From contig CBDEGM010000002.1 of the NCBI GenBank assembly GCA_965237715.1, positions 67,234 through 131,233 of the forward strand: DNA of 64,000 nt, read 5' to 3'. Source of the stretch: Acidobacteriota bacterium (lineage in GTDB: Bacteria > Acidobacteriota > UBA6911 > RPQK01 > CBDEGM01). Below are positions 37,027 to 47,468 of this stretch, in pieces. The position numbers were made by a program, and so were the translations under genes. The first letter of the stretch is position 1. Every line of letters begins with the position of its first letter. Under the pieces are notes generated by a model that was not told where the DNA came from, did not search any database, and saw only the letters and a list, made by a program, of their open reading frames with translations.

Positions 37027-38004
37027 GTGAGTCAATTCATCCTGCGCCGCTTGCTCATCTCAGTGCCAGTCCTGTTCGGAATTACCTTCATCGCCTTCAC
37101 AGCGCTCTCCTTTGCCCCCGGTGATCCGCTGCTGGCTCGAATCGATCCCAGCGTCCTGGCCCAGCAGCCACCGGAGTGGATCGAGGAGCGCCGCCACGAA
37201 CTGGGCCTGGATCAGCCTGTCGTCATCCGCTATGTGAAGTGGCTTACAGGGGCGTTGCAGGGAGATTTAGGGTTTTCCATGGTCACACACCGCGCCATTG
37301 CAGATGAGCTGCTCCTTCGGCTGCCCGTAACACTGCAGCTTATGGGGGCCGCTCTTCTGATCGGCATCTGCATCGGGATCCCGTTTGGCGTGATCTCGGC
37401 CGTCAAACAGTACTCCAAGCTTGACTATGCTCTGACCACATTCACCATGGTCATGATCTCGACTCCCACTTTCTTCCTGGGCTTGTTGGCCATCTATGTC
37501 TTTGGCGTTCATCTTCGCATTTTGCCCACCAGTGGCATCGCCACTCTGGGTGCACCACCGTCTTTTCTGGATCGTTTGAGCCACATGATCCTGCCGGCGG
37601 GAATTCTGGGTCTGGCAAATGCGGCCATTCTGATGCGCTATACGCGCGCCAGTATGCTGGAAGTGCTGAAAAAGGAGTACATCACGACCGCCAGAGCGAA
37701 GGGCTTGACGAGGGCAGCTATCTTGATACGGCATGCGCTTCGCAACGCGCTGATCTCGATCATCACCATACTGGGTTTGCTGCTTCCCGAGTTGGTCACC
37801 GGAGCCATTGTGACGGAACAGATTTTTGCCTGGCCGGGAATGGGGTTCATGGCGGTCCGTGCCGCGGCCGACCGGGATCCATCACTGCTCATGGGCGTGG
37901 TGGTGGTGGTGGGGTTCGGTGTCTTGCTCAGCAGCCTGCTGGCAGACATTAGTTATGCCATCGTCGATCCGCGCATTCGATATGACGGAGAAAAGACCGC
38001 ATGA
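37027..38004 (+). CDS. ABC transporter permease (DppB/OppB-like)
   Basis: 325 aa with six TM segments and the EAA-type loop YITTARAKGL. Confidence 0.8.
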   Translation: MSQFILRRLLISVPVLFGITFIAFTALSFAPGDPLLARIDPSVLAQQPPEWIEERRHELGLDQPVVIRYVKWLTGALQGDLGFSMVTHRAIADELLLRLPVTLQLMGAALLIGICIGIPFGVISAVKQYSKLDYALTTFTMVMISTPTFFLGLLAIYVFGVHLRILPTSGIATLGAPPSFLDRLSHMILPAGILGLANAAILMRYTRASMLEVLKKEYITTARAKGLTRAAILIRHALRNALISIITILGLLLPELVTGAIVTEQIFAWPGMGFMAVRAAADRDPSLLMGVVVVVGFGVLLSSLLADISYAIVDPRIRYDGEKTA

Positions 38005-38924
38005 GGTTCACTTCCCAGCCCTCTTCTGCTGGAACAGGAGATTTGGGAGTCGCAGAGCCCCAGCTGAAGCACGAAACGCTGGCCAGCCGCGCCTTTTACC
38101 GCTTCCTTCGACACCGCCTCGCCGTCAGTGGGGCGATCGTCTTTTTCCTGATCGTTCTCTCTGCTCTGCTGGCCCCACTAGTGGTCCAGCATGATCCTCT
38201 CCAGATCGATTTACGAGCGCCGCGTGAAGCACCCACCGCAGCCCACTGGCTGGGTACGGATTTGATCGGCCGAGACGTTTGGAGTCGCGTCGCCTATGGA
38301 GGTCGTACCTCTCTATCCGTGGGGGTTCTGGCGGTAGCACTCTATGTCGCAATCGGATCATTCTTTGGTTCTTTGGCCGGTTATTTCGGTGGCCTGCTGG
38401 ACCAGATCATCATGCGCTTCACCGACACCTTGCTGAGCATACCCAGCCTGCTGATGGTCATCGTCTTCGTTTCCGTTATCGGGCCCAGCCTGGGCTCGGT
38501 GATCATCGTGATCGGGCTCCTGGGGTGGTCCCGTACCTGCCGTCTGGTGCGTGGACAAATCCTGGCGCTTCGTGCCGAGGAGTTCATCACTGCCGCTCGT
38601 GCCATGGGCAACAGTCACGCCCGAATTATTCTTCGCCACATGCTCCCCAACACCTTTGCTCCACTCATTGTTCTCACCACTTTCGGGGTGGCGAATGCAA
38701 TTCTTCTCGAGGCCGCCCTGAGTTTTCTCGGTCTCGGCGTCCGTCCCCCGACACCGAGCTGGGGGGGGATGCTCAACGAGGCACAGTCGCCAGCGGTCCT
38801 TGCCACCATGCCCTGGTTGTGGATATCACCAGGAGTGGCCATTGCGGTTACGGTGCTGGCCGTAAATTTCATCGGTGACGGCCTGCGCGACGCTTTCGAC
38901 CTGCGCTCCGTCATTTCGCGATAA
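38001..38924 (+). CDS. ABC transporter permease (DppC/OppC-like)
   Basis: 307 aa. Its start overlaps the upstream stop. The loop is FITAARAMGN. Confidence 0.8.
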   Translation: MRFTSQPSSAGTGDLGVAEPQLKHETLASRAFYRFLRHRLAVSGAIVFFLIVLSALLAPLVVQHDPLQIDLRAPREAPTAAHWLGTDLIGRDVWSRVAYGGRTSLSVGVLAVALYVAIGSFFGSLAGYFGGLLDQIIMRFTDTLLSIPSLLMVIVFVSVIGPSLGSVIIVIGLLGWSRTCRLVRGQILALRAEEFITAARAMGNSHARIILRHMLPNTFAPLIVLTTFGVANAILLEAALSFLGLGVRPPTPSWGGMLNEAQSPAVLATMPWLWISPGVAIAVTVLAVNFIGDGLRDAFDLRSVISR

Positions 38925-39021
38925 AATGGCCTGAAGCATTCATGAAATTGGACCGCGGATTACACAGATTAGAGTTCGCAAAGATCCGGGTAATCCGTGA
39001 ACTACATGTGAGCCGGATACT

Positions 39022-40323
39022 ATGAGAAGCGCTGGAGACGAAGGTCATTCCCTTCTTCAGGATCGTGTCGCGGAGGCAGTCACGCCCCGCGCCGAAGAAT
39101 ATATCCAGCTGCTGGCGGATCTGGTGCGCTGCCCCACCACGCTGGGAAACGAACGCCCAGCGCAGGAGTTGATCTATCGCCACGCCCGCCGAATGGGCCT
39201 GGCGGCCCAGATGTGGGATCTTGACCTGAGTCAGCTGACCCCACAGCCCACCTTTGCGCCGGTGGAATGGGGCTATGCCGGCCGACCCAACGTCAGCGCC
39301 CTTCTTTCCCCGTCGGGCCAGGGAGGAAGATCACTCGTACTCAACGGGCACATTGATGTGGTCAGTCCGGAGCCGGTCGATTGGTGGAGCTACGATCCTT
39401 GGGGCGCAACCATTGCCGACGGACGGATGTACGGGCGCGGTGCCTTCGATATGAAATCCGGACTTGTGGCCGCCCTGCTGGCCATGCAGGCGGTTATCGA
39501 CGCGGGCACCGAGCTGCGGGGCGCCGTGATCTTCGAAAGTGTGATCGAGGAAGAGTGCACCGGAAACGGAATGCTGGCCAGTAGGCTACGCACCGGGAGA
39601 GTAGACGGAGCCGTGATCACGGAGCCGACAGGTCTGATCGCTAAGACGGCAACGCTCAGTGTCATCTGGTTTGAGGTAACCGTTCACGGAAAGCCCGCCT
39701 ATGTAGGCGAGTCGGGAAAATATGAAAACGCAGTAGAGAAGGCCATGGCCCTCGTGGGTAGGCTCAAACCCCCCATGGTCGATGAGCTCAACGCCGCCTT
39801 CGACCATCCTGGCTACGCGGATCATCCCCAGCCGCTGACGCTGAGCGTTGGGAAAATTTCGGGCGGCGACTGGCCATCGAATGTTCCAATGGAATGTCGA
39901 TTCACCTGCCGTATGTCGTTTCCCATCGGCTGGTCTTTTCAGCAGGTTCAGAGCTTTGTGGAAACTCACCTCGCCCGCGCGGCATCCGAGGATCCCTGGC
40001 TGGCCGAGCGCCCGCCCACGGTTTGCTATCCGGGCTTTCGCGCTTTAGGCTGGTCGATTGACGACAATGTGGGCGAAACCACCTCCACTTTGATCCAGAC
40101 CCTTGCTGCCTGCCATCAGACAACGACAGATGATCCACTTCAGCGGGGTGTCTTCCTGGGAACGGCTGATGGCCGCTATTTCGACCTGGCTCAGGGCGAA
40201 CAGGCGGTCTATTACGGTCCAACGGGAGGAAAGGGCCATGTCCCGGACGAGTACATTGAGTTGAATAGCATCCCGGAGACCGCGAAGGTCCTGGCCCGCA
40301 TGATGATTGCCTGGTGTGGCTGA
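39022..40323 (+). CDS. M20-family metallopeptidase (ArgE/DapE/CPG2-like)
   Basis: 433 aa with LNGHIDVV, GRGAFDMKSG and EEECTGNG metal-binding motifs. Confidence 0.75.
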   Translation: MRSAGDEGHSLLQDRVAEAVTPRAEEYIQLLADLVRCPTTLGNERPAQELIYRHARRMGLAAQMWDLDLSQLTPQPTFAPVEWGYAGRPNVSALLSPSGQGGRSLVLNGHIDVVSPEPVDWWSYDPWGATIADGRMYGRGAFDMKSGLVAALLAMQAVIDAGTELRGAVIFESVIEEECTGNGMLASRLRTGRVDGAVITEPTGLIAKTATLSVIWFEVTVHGKPAYVGESGKYENAVEKAMALVGRLKPPMVDELNAAFDHPGYADHPQPLTLSVGKISGGDWPSNVPMECRFTCRMSFPIGWSFQQVQSFVETHLARAASEDPWLAERPPTVCYPGFRALGWSIDDNVGETTSTLIQTLAACHQTTTDDPLQRGVFLGTADGRYFDLAQGEQAVYYGPTGGKGHVPDEYIELNSIPETAKVLARMMIAWCG

Positions 40324-40324
40324 G

Positions 40325-41083
40325 ATGAATCGATTCGAGCTGGGGGGGCAAACAGCGCTGGTGACCGGTTCCAGCCGGGGAATCGGTGCCGGCATTGCCA
40401 CTGAGCTGGCCAGGGCCGGGGCAGATGTCGCGGTCACCGCCCGGCGCCTGGACAGTGTGAAGGAAACCTGCCGGAAAATCGAAGCTCTCGGCCGGCGGGC
40501 GTTTCCAGTCGAACTGGAAGTGGGGGACCTGGACAGTATTCAGAAGGTTGTCGAGCAGGTGGAGCGCAACTTCGCGCCAATAGACATCCTGGTGAACAAT
40601 GCCGGGATCAACATCCCGCGCCCAGCGATTGAAGTCACCGAAAAGCAATGGGACGAGATGTTCGACACCAATCTGAAAGGCGCCTTTCTCTGTTCCAAAG
40701 AAGTGGGTCAAAGGATGATCGAGCGGCGACAAGGCAGGCTGATCAATGTCGCCTCTGCCGCCGGCTTGATCCCCGGTCACCAGCGCGCAGCCTATTGCTC
40801 CAGCAAGGCGGGGCTCGTCATGTTGACGCGCGTGCTGGCCTTGGAATGGGCTCCCTATCGGATCACGGTGAACGCCGTGGCTCCTACATTCATCGAAACC
40901 GAACTGGCTGCCCAGACACTCGATCGGCCTGGCATGCGCGAGTCGATCATTTCGCGAATTCCTCTTGGACGTCTGGGAACGGTGGAAGATTTGGCTGCTG
41001 CTGTCGTCTACCTTGCCTCGCCGGCAGCCTCCTTCGTGACGGGCGTCGTTCTTTCCGTCGATGGCGGGTTGACGATGCGCTAG
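40325..41083 (+). CDS. SDR-family oxidoreductase (3-oxoacyl-ACP reductase-like)
   Basis: TGSSRGIG cofactor motif, the NNAG motif, and the YxxxK catalytic pair (YCSSK). Confidence 0.8.
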   Translation: MNRFELGGQTALVTGSSRGIGAGIATELARAGADVAVTARRLDSVKETCRKIEALGRRAFPVELEVGDLDSIQKVVEQVERNFAPIDILVNNAGINIPRPAIEVTEKQWDEMFDTNLKGAFLCSKEVGQRMIERRQGRLINVASAAGLIPGHQRAAYCSSKAGLVMLTRVLALEWAPYRITVNAVAPTFIETELAAQTLDRPGMRESIISRIPLGRLGTVEDLAAAVVYLASPAASFVTGVVLSVDGGLTMR

Positions 41084-41290
41084 TACTCCCTGCATTTCTC
41101 ATCACCCCTCTACTGCATCGGCGTCGCCTTCACCTGAGCGAAGTGAAGAAATCATCCGTCCTAACTGCGTTTCGCTCCGTCGGCCTCCTCGACGTACTGC
41201 ACGAGTACGCCTGCGGGGGCCTCGGTCGCGCGCCTTGTCAGGCCGGCTCTTCCGCCGCTTCGTGACGAGCGGTGATGAGAAATGCAGGTT
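41083..41290. repeat. MITE-like element, family 2, second copy (TIR cctgcatttctcatcac)
   Basis: 41083-41099 is the reverse complement of 41271-41287. The core matches the 25798-26030 copy. Confidence 0.65.
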
Positions 41291-41366
41291 AGTGATCCAG
41301 GCACTTTGAAACGCAGAAGCATGGACGGAGATTGAGAAAAGGCGACTGTATCCGGAACCTGGAACC

Positions 41367-42364
41367 TCAATCGACGAGATGGCAGGCGACCCAGTGGCCA
41401 GGAGCGACCTCTCGGAACTCCGGCTCGACGTTGAAGCAAGTTTCTTCCGCCATTGGACAGCGAGTATTGAAAACACAGCCCCTGGGCGGATCGGAAGGAC
41501 TGGGGACATCTCCCTGAAGGATCACACGCTGGCGCCGGCTCTCGATTTTCGGGTCGGCGATCGGGACCGCCAACAACAGCGCCTGTGTGTAGGGATGCAA
41601 GGGATGGGAATAGAGGCTGTCTCGATCCGTCAACTCCACGATCTTGCCTAGGTACATTACCGCTACACGGTCGCTGATGTGACGAACCATACTCAGATCG
41701 TGCGCAATGAACAGATAGGTTAAGGCAAAGCTTTCCTGCAGCTCTTCCAGAAGGTTGACCACCTGGGCCTGAATTGACACATCCAGCGCCGAGATGGGCT
41801 CATCACAAATGATCAGGTCCGGCTGCAGCGCCAGCGCCCGGGCAATCCCGACACGCTGCCGCTGCCCGCCAGAGAACTCGTGAGGGTAGCGGTTCGCGAA
41901 ATGGGGGTTCAACCCGACCAGCCCCAGCAATTCTTCCACCCGCTCCTGTCTCTTTTTGCGCGCCAGAATACCAAAGATCTTCAGAGGCTCGGCAATAATG
42001 TTTCCTACCGTCATGCGAGGGTTCAATGAGGCGTACGGGTCCTGAAAAATCATCTGCATGCGACGTCGCATTTGTCGCAGCCTCTCGCCTTTCAGACTCG
42101 TCAACTCCACTCCATCGAGATAGACGATTCCCGCGGTGGGGCGGGTGAGCTGCAAAATGGTGCGTCCCGTCGTGGACTTGCCGCAGCCACTCTCTCCCAC
42201 CAAGCCTAGAGTTTCACCCCGATAGATCTCAAAACTGACGTCATCGACGGCTCGAATGTCTCCCACATGGTGCTGGAATAGAAACCCCTTGCTTACAGGA
42301 AAGTATTTTTTCAGACCTTCGACCTGCAACAGAGCCGGACTGTCCTTGTTAGTCGACACTCCCT
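41367..42364 (-). CDS. ABC transporter ATP-binding protein (DppF/OppF-like)
   Basis: Walker [10 protein letters not shown], signature LSGGQRQR and Walker B LIICDEP. A probable GTG start at 42364 overlaps the upstream stop; the track ORF is extended upstream to 42617. Confidence 0.75.
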
Positions 42365-43347
42365 GACACCCTTTCCGTTTTGTCTTTTTCCCAGCAGGCC
42401 ACTTTGTGACCGGGATGGACCCCTTCCAGGGGCGGAACCTCCCGCCCACATCGATCCATTGCGTAGCCACAGCGCGGCGCAAAGGGACAACCCTCCGGCA
42501 AGAAAGCCAGGTTGGGAGGCTGACCGGGAATCGAGAAGAGCTTTGCGCCGGGCGCTTCGTCAAACCTGGGCAGCGACTCCAGAAGCCCAATGGTGTAGGG
42601 ATGGCGTGGCGAACCATACAGATCTTCTACCTCCGCTTCCTCGATGATGCATCCCGCATACATCACAATGACGCGCCGGGCCAGGCTGGCGATCACCCCG
42701 AGATCATGGCTGATCCAGACGACGGCCATTCCCAATTTTTCCTGAAGGCGCTTCACCAGGTCGATAATTTGAGCCTGAATGGTAACGTCCAAAGCGGTGG
42801 TCGGCTCATCAGCAATCAGCAGCATCGGTTGGCAGGAGAGGGCCATGGCAATCATCACTCTCTGGCGCATCCCGCCCGAGAACTGGTGGGGATAATCGTC
42901 CAATCGGTGTGTCGAGCCGGGGATCCCGACCATGTTCAACAGCTCGGTGGCCTGCTCTCTGGCCTCAGCTTCACGCATCCCCCGGTGCAGCTTGAGCACC
43001 TCGGTGATTTGAAACCCGACCGTCAGAACCGGATTGAGCGAAGTCAGGGGATCCTGAAAGATCATGGCGATTTCGGCCCAACGAACACGGCGCATCTGCT
43101 CCTCACTCAGCCCCAGCAGGTCTCGACCATTAAAGTGGATCTCCCCATCCACGATCTTCCCCGGCGGGTCCTGGATCAAGCGCAAAACGGAGAGCATGCT
43201 GACGCTCTTGCCACAGCCGCTCTCCCCAACGATCCCCAGGGTTTCTCCCTCATTCAGCTCGAAGGAGATCCCATTCACTGCCTTGACGGTACCTTCCCGC
43301 GCATGAAAGTGGGTGGTCAGATTTCGTATCTCCAGCAGATGTGCCAA
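42349..43347 (-). CDS. ABC transporter ATP-binding protein (DppD/OppD-like)
   Basis: [18 protein letters not shown] and [12 protein letters not shown], with the C-terminal oligopeptide-transport extension. Confidence 0.8.
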   Translation of the reverse strand: MAHLLEIRNLTTHFHAREGTVKAVNGISFELNEGETLGIVGESGCGKSVSMLSVLRLIQDPPGKIVDGEIHFNGRDLLGLSEEQMRRVRWAEIAMIFQDPLTSLNPVLTVGFQITEVLKLHRGMREAEAREQATELLNMVGIPGSTHRLDDYPHQFSGGMRQRVMIAMALSCQPMLLIADEPTTALDVTIQAQIIDLVKRLQEKLGMAVVWISHDLGVIASLARRVIVMYAGCIIEEAEVEDLYGSPRHPYTIGLLESLPRFDEAPGAKLFSIPGQPPNLAFLPEGCPFAPRCGYAMDRCGREVPPLEGVHPGHKVACWEKDKTERVSGSVD

Positions 43348-43416
43348 GGATGAGTTTCCTTCTCACCGATTCCCGTTTCGATACTGCAGGTCGGCAATCG
43401 GCGCAATTCTCGAATC

Positions 43417-43598
43417 AACTAGCCCGGATGATGCATAAGGTGTCGTAGCGAAGCGGCGAAAGTGCCGGCCTGAGAAGGCGTCGCGACCGAGGCCCCCGCA
43501 GGCGTACTCGTGCAGTACGTCGAGGAGGCCGACGGAGCGCAACGCAATCAGGACGGATGATTTCGCCGATGGAGTAGACACCTTATGCATCATCCGGG
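43417..43598. repeat. MITE-like element (182 bp) with 26-bp perfect terminal inverted repeats ctagcccggatgatgcataaggtgtc; its core is related to family 2
   Basis: 43417-43442 is the reverse complement of 43573-43598. The internal segment matches the right half of the 41083-41290 copy, inverted. It overlaps the 3' end of the D-aminoacylase gene. Confidence 0.65.
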
Positions 43599-45190
43599 CT
43601 AGCACAGCGACCTGGCAGACGGCCCGAACGCACGCCACGCTCCAGGACCACCTCGCCATTGACTGCCACCATGTCTACACCTTCCGGATAGGCTTGAGGC
43701 TGAACATCGGTGGACTTGTCCGCCAGCCGGTCCAGGTCCAATACCACGAGATCCGCCGCCATGCCCGGCTGCAGAACCCCCCGACCATCAATCCCTGCAC
43801 ATTCCACCGGCAGTGAAGTCAGCTTGCGAATGGCCTCTTGAAGAGAGAAAAGTGGGCGCTCAAGAACGTATTCCCGAATAAAACGAACCGTATAGCCATA
43901 GCTGGAGCGGTTCATCACAAAATGCTGAAGGGAACCGTAGGGCGCTGCAATGATCCCATCACTCTCCAGACTGCAGATGGGCTGTAAGAGCAATCGCTCT
44001 AGGTCTTCCTGGGTGGCGTAGATATGCCTGAGCATTACATTATAGAAATCCGCCCCGTCCTCCAGAGCCAGACGGAAAATGGCCTCCACCGGGCTCAAAT
44101 CGAGAAGCTGTGCAATCTCTTGAAAGTTCTTCCCCACCAGCTCCGGATAGGATCTGGAGCAGGAGAGGTAGAAACTCTCGAGTCCACCCAAGCGTAAAAG
44201 GTAGTTGGTGGGACTCTCAAAGTGGTCCCGGCATGCGAGCCGTGTCTCGGGGTCCTGAAGCCGATCCAGAACCTCATCGCGGGCACCCTCGTAGACCCAG
44301 GGCGGAAGGAGCGCCACCATGGGTCCGGGGCCCCACGTATCCGGAAAGGTGTCGATTCCGACTTTCAGACCTTCCTTGTCGCGAGCCTCATAGACCATGC
44401 TCAGAACCTTGTCGAACGTACCCTTGGGGGCATAGGGCCGGGGGGCCAAGTGCGACAACTGGCCCGGCAGTCCTGCTTTTCTGCAGACGTTCAAAGCTTC
44501 CTCAACCGCCGACTCGAAATGATCTCCCCGATTCCGAATATGGCTGGCATAAATGCCTCCCTGCTCTGCCGCAACCCGACTCAGCGCAACCAGTTCCTCT
44601 TCTTTGGCATACATCCCGGGAGAGTATTCCAGTCCCGTAGACAAGCCGATCGCACCGGCGGACATCGCCTCGGCCACCAGCCCCTTCATTCGATCTATTT
44701 CCTTCTCTGTTGCGGGCCTAGCGTCATAACCCATAACAGCCAGGCGAACCGTTCCGTGGGGCACGAGAGGAGCCACGTTGATCGCAACACCGGGAGAAAA
44801 AAGCGCATTCAGATATTCGGAAAAGGATTTCCAGCTGAAGTCTACCTCCCAACTCTCGCTGAATCCGGCCGTATTCTGCTGCGCCATCTTCGCGTCAGGC
44901 GCCGGAGCGGGACCATGGCCACAGTTGCCGGTAACCACCGTAGTGATTCCCTGTCGTACAGCGCTCTCCGCCAGTCGATTGGCCAGCAAAGAAAAATCGG
45001 AGTGACTGTGAATGTCCACAAATCCGGGACAAACGTATTTTCCCGTGGCATCCCACTCCCTGGAGGAGTCCAGGTCGGAACAGTCACCAACAGACTCGAT
45101 CTGCCCTCCGCTCAAGGCCAAATCCGCTCGAGCCGGAGGCGCTCCCGTACCGTCCACCACCGTGCCTCCTTTGATGATCCAGTCAGTCAT
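43583..45190 (-). CDS. N-acyl-D-amino-acid deacylase (D-aminoacylase), amidohydrolase superfamily
   Basis: 535 aa with an N-terminal WIIKGGTVVDGTG...GFVDIHSHSD metal-binding motif typical of D-aminoacylases. Confidence 0.75.
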   Translation of the reverse strand: MTDWIIKGGTVVDGTGAPPARADLALSGGQIESVGDCSDLDSSREWDATGKYVCPGFVDIHSHSDFSLLANRLAESAVRQGITTVVTGNCGHGPAPAPDAKMAQQNTAGFSESWEVDFSWKSFSEYLNALFSPGVAINVAPLVPHGTVRLAVMGYDARPATEKEIDRMKGLVAEAMSAGAIGLSTGLEYSPGMYAKEEELVALSRVAAEQGGIYASHIRNRGDHFESAVEEALNVCRKAGLPGQLSHLAPRPYAPKGTFDKVLSMVYEARDKEGLKVGIDTFPDTWGPGPMVALLPPWVYEGARDEVLDRLQDPETRLACRDHFESPTNYLLRLGGLESFYLSCSRSYPELVGKNFQEIAQLLDLSPVEAIFRLALEDGADFYNVMLRHIYATQEDLERLLLQPICSLESDGIIAAPYGSLQHFVMNRSSYGYTVRFIREYVLERPLFSLQEAIRKLTSLPVECAGIDGRGVLQPGMAADLVVLDLDRLADKSTDVQPQAYPEGVDMVAVNGEVVLERGVRSGRLPGRCASPDDA

Positions 45191-45261
45191 TCGTTTGCCT
45201 CCCGTCTCCAGCTCGGATTATGCGGTGAAAGTGCCGCCCTGACAAGGCGTCGTGACCGTAC

Positions 45262-45350
45262 ATAGCTGACCCTCTGACCGGCTGACCAGCTAACGGGCTG
45301 ACCTTATGTGGAAAGTGGTCAGCTGGTCAGGAGGTTAGCAGGTCAGTTTT
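45262..45350. repeat. Inverted array of CTGACC (x4) and GGTCAG (x5) hexamers, forming a long imperfect hairpin
   Basis: gctgaccctctgaccggctgaccagctaacgggctgacc ttatgtggaaagt ggtcagctggtcaggaggttagcaggtcag, located between the D-aminoacylase start and the GNAT gene end. Confidence 0.5.
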
Positions 45351-45407
45351 TCGGTAAGCCGGTCAGCGTTATCACCCGAATATCCTGATACAGCGCCATT
45401 CAGCAAG

Positions 45408-46391
45408 TCAGAAAACGGCGTCTGCTCCCGAGGGCACGTAGCGATCCAGCTGGCCGAAGGGCTCAGAGGAGAGAACAAGCCCGATGCTCTCATCAAAGCG
45501 GAAGCCGTGTTCGAGGAGAAGAGCGACTGCAGCCCGGGCCACGCCGGGGATCCGCAGCCGAGCCGACGAGGAGCCCAAGTCCCGAGCGGCCCCCATGCCC
45601 AGGGTAAGGGCAGCAGGAAGATCCTCGGCACGAAGAACAGCCACAGGCCCCAGGACACCCGACTCGGTCACATAAAGGTATCCGATCACGGACTCAGCCC
45701 GATTGACGAGGAAGCCGTGCAGGCCGGGTATCTCGGCCCAGAGAGCATGGTCCTCGGGACGGCAATATCCCAGCACCGCACCGTCGATCCCGCTGAGCCG
45801 CTGGGAATCCACCCCGCCCGAGGGGAATGGCTCGAGAAACAGCTCCGCTTGATCCGACCCGCCCTCTGCCGACCCTTCCAGGCCGATCAGGGGGGTCTGA
45901 GGAAACATACCGCGCTTCGAATAGAGAGCATTGGAAGCGGGATTGATGGCCTCGGTGACCACGGTGAGGATGCTCTCTTCCGGGCTTGCTGCCCGGCAGC
46001 GCCGAAGCAGCTCGCCCCCGACTCCCTGTGCCTGAAACTGAGGGATCACATGGAGAGCAGCCAGATACCAGACTTGTTCTCTCTGGGTGGCGATTCCGGA
46101 GCCGACCAACTCCCCATCCGACTCGGCAACCCAAAAGCGCTCCGCATCGTAGCGGAGAACATTGCGTCGAAAGGCTAGAGCCCGTGCTCTGGAGGCGATG
46201 CGGCCGCGAGTGGTGCCGCGACGGCGTTTCTGATCCAGATCGCGGGAAGCCTCCACGACGATCTCATAGCTTCGTTCAAAATCTTTCTCACATGCGCGTC
46301 GATAAACCAGGTCTGTCACGTCCTCGCCATCAAGTGATCGGTCGTGAAGAGAGGCCGGCAATGAGGGTATCCACGTGCATGACGAACTCAA
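45408..46391 (-). CDS. GNAT-family N-acetyltransferase (two-lobed)
   Basis: 327 aa with an acetyl-CoA-binding motif context (QFQAQGVGGELLRRC). Confidence 0.5.
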   Translation of the reverse strand: MSSSCTWIPSLPASLHDRSLDGEDVTDLVYRRACEKDFERSYEIVVEASRDLDQKRRRGTTRGRIASRARALAFRRNVLRYDAERFWVAESDGELVGSGIATQREQVWYLAALHVIPQFQAQGVGGELLRRCRAASPEESILTVVTEAINPASNALYSKRGMFPQTPLIGLEGSAEGGSDQAELFLEPFPSGGVDSQRLSGIDGAVLGYCRPEDHALWAEIPGLHGFLVNRAESVIGYLYVTESGVLGPVAVLRAEDLPAALTLGMGAARDLGSSSARLRIPGVARAAVALLLEHGFRFDESIGLVLSSEPFGQLDRYVPSGADAVF

Positions 46392-47373
46392 AGGCGTTAT
46401 GAATCAATTGCCCCTGCTCGATAGGTTTGCCGGTTAGCCAGTAGCCATCCGGATGCTGGCATTTCAGGAACCAGTCGCCCATCCGATAGCTCCAGGCTTC
46501 ATGGGCAGGCTCTCCTGTGACAAGGTAAAGAAGAGAACTGCCCCAGCCGCTCTTACACACGGGACCGTAATCGAACTGCCGCTCGGTAGCGGACATCGAG
46601 AACGCCTGATAGCGGCGCGCCAGCTCGAGGTACTCGGGCTTCGGCTCCGCCAGGTGGAGCCGACAGAGAAAGCCGGCTGCGATGCCTCCAATGGTCCAGC
46701 GCTGAAGACGCGCCACCTGGTTCTCGACCACATACCAGAACTGTTTCTCCTCAGAGTATTCTGTAGTGGGCGCCTGGCGTGAGCGGGACCAATCGTAGTA
46801 GAAACGTTCCGGAAGCTCCGTTTGCGCATCATAGATCCGCTGTAAAAACCGATAGACGGCCCGCGCCCCCTCCCAATGCCCCGTGGCCAGGCAAGCAAAA
46901 CCAGGTCCCGCAGCATAAGGGATGCTCTGATCATCACTCATCGAACCGTCGGGCATGCGGTCATTGGCAAAGCCGCCTGAGACCGGATCCTGCCAGCGGA
47001 GCATCCCTTCCATGAGTCCCCGAGAGAGGTCGTACTGGCCCGCCATGTGTGCTCCCACAATCAGGGCGGAGTCGCGGTAGGCCCAGGCATCATTCAGGAC
47101 CCGGTAGGGGCCCCCGATGGTTCCGTCCGACTGAAGCATGTTGCGGCGAATCCAGCCACAGATCGCGCTGGCTGCCTCAGTCTCTCCCACCAGGGAGAAG
47201 CTCCAGGCCCCCCGGTAGAAGAAGAATCCCTGCCGCGGGTCGCCAATCGATCCATCCGGGTTCATCTGGGCCAGAAGCCACTCGGTGGCGCGGCGGCGCA
47301 TGGCTCGGTAGGCGGCAAGCCGTTCCCGTTTCTTGCTGATGGTGGTGTCCGTCACCGTGTCGACATTCCTCAT
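46330..47373 (-). CDS. Hypothetical protein with prenyltransferase/terpene-cyclase-like alpha/alpha-toroid repeats; its annotated start codon lies inside the IS1380 terminus
   Basis: Repeats NPDGSIG, DGTIGGP, QDPVSGGF and QHPDGYW. The first ATG (47371-47373) is 11 nt inside the IS1380 end, and a GTG lies at 47357-47359 just outside it. Confidence 0.4.
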   Translation of the reverse strand: MRNVDTVTDTTISKKRERLAAYRAMRRRATEWLLAQMNPDGSIGDPRQGFFFYRGAWSFSLVGETEAASAICGWIRRNMLQSDGTIGGPYRVLNDAWAYRDSALIVGAHMAGQYDLSRGLMEGMLRWQDPVSGGFANDRMPDGSMSDDQSIPYAAGPGFACLATGHWEGARAVYRFLQRIYDAQTELPERFYYDWSRSRQAPTTEYSEEKQFWYVVENQVARLQRWTIGGIAAGFLCRLHLAEPKPEYLELARRYQAFSMSATERQFDYGPVCKSGWGSSLLYLVTGEPAHEAWSYRMGDWFLKCQHPDGYWLTGKPIEQGQLIHNAFEFVMHVDTLIAGLSSRPIT

Positions 47374-47468
47374 ATCAACTTCGGAAGGACCTTTTCCGGT
47401 CTCCCCAGTGAATGACCACAACTTATCAGACCGCCAACCTTGCCTCAAGTGGTCTTTGGTCCTCTGTC
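47360..47468. mobile_element. IS1380-family copy B, transposase-distal terminal 109 bp, separated from the rest of the element by the 47469-50643 insertion
   Basis: Identical to 8450-8558 of copy A and continuous with 50644 onward once the insertion and its 9-bp duplication are removed. Confidence 0.65.

Noticed and set aside
39902-41095. 397-aa minus-strand ORF
   Set aside because: It is antisense to the M20 peptidase and SDR genes, and its translation is Arg/Gly/Pro-rich noise.
42406-45265. Long plus-strand ORFs (315 aa and 347 aa) opposite the ABC ATPase and D-aminoacylase genes
   Set aside because: They are antisense to well-supported genes and have Arg/Gly/Pro-rich, motif-free translations.
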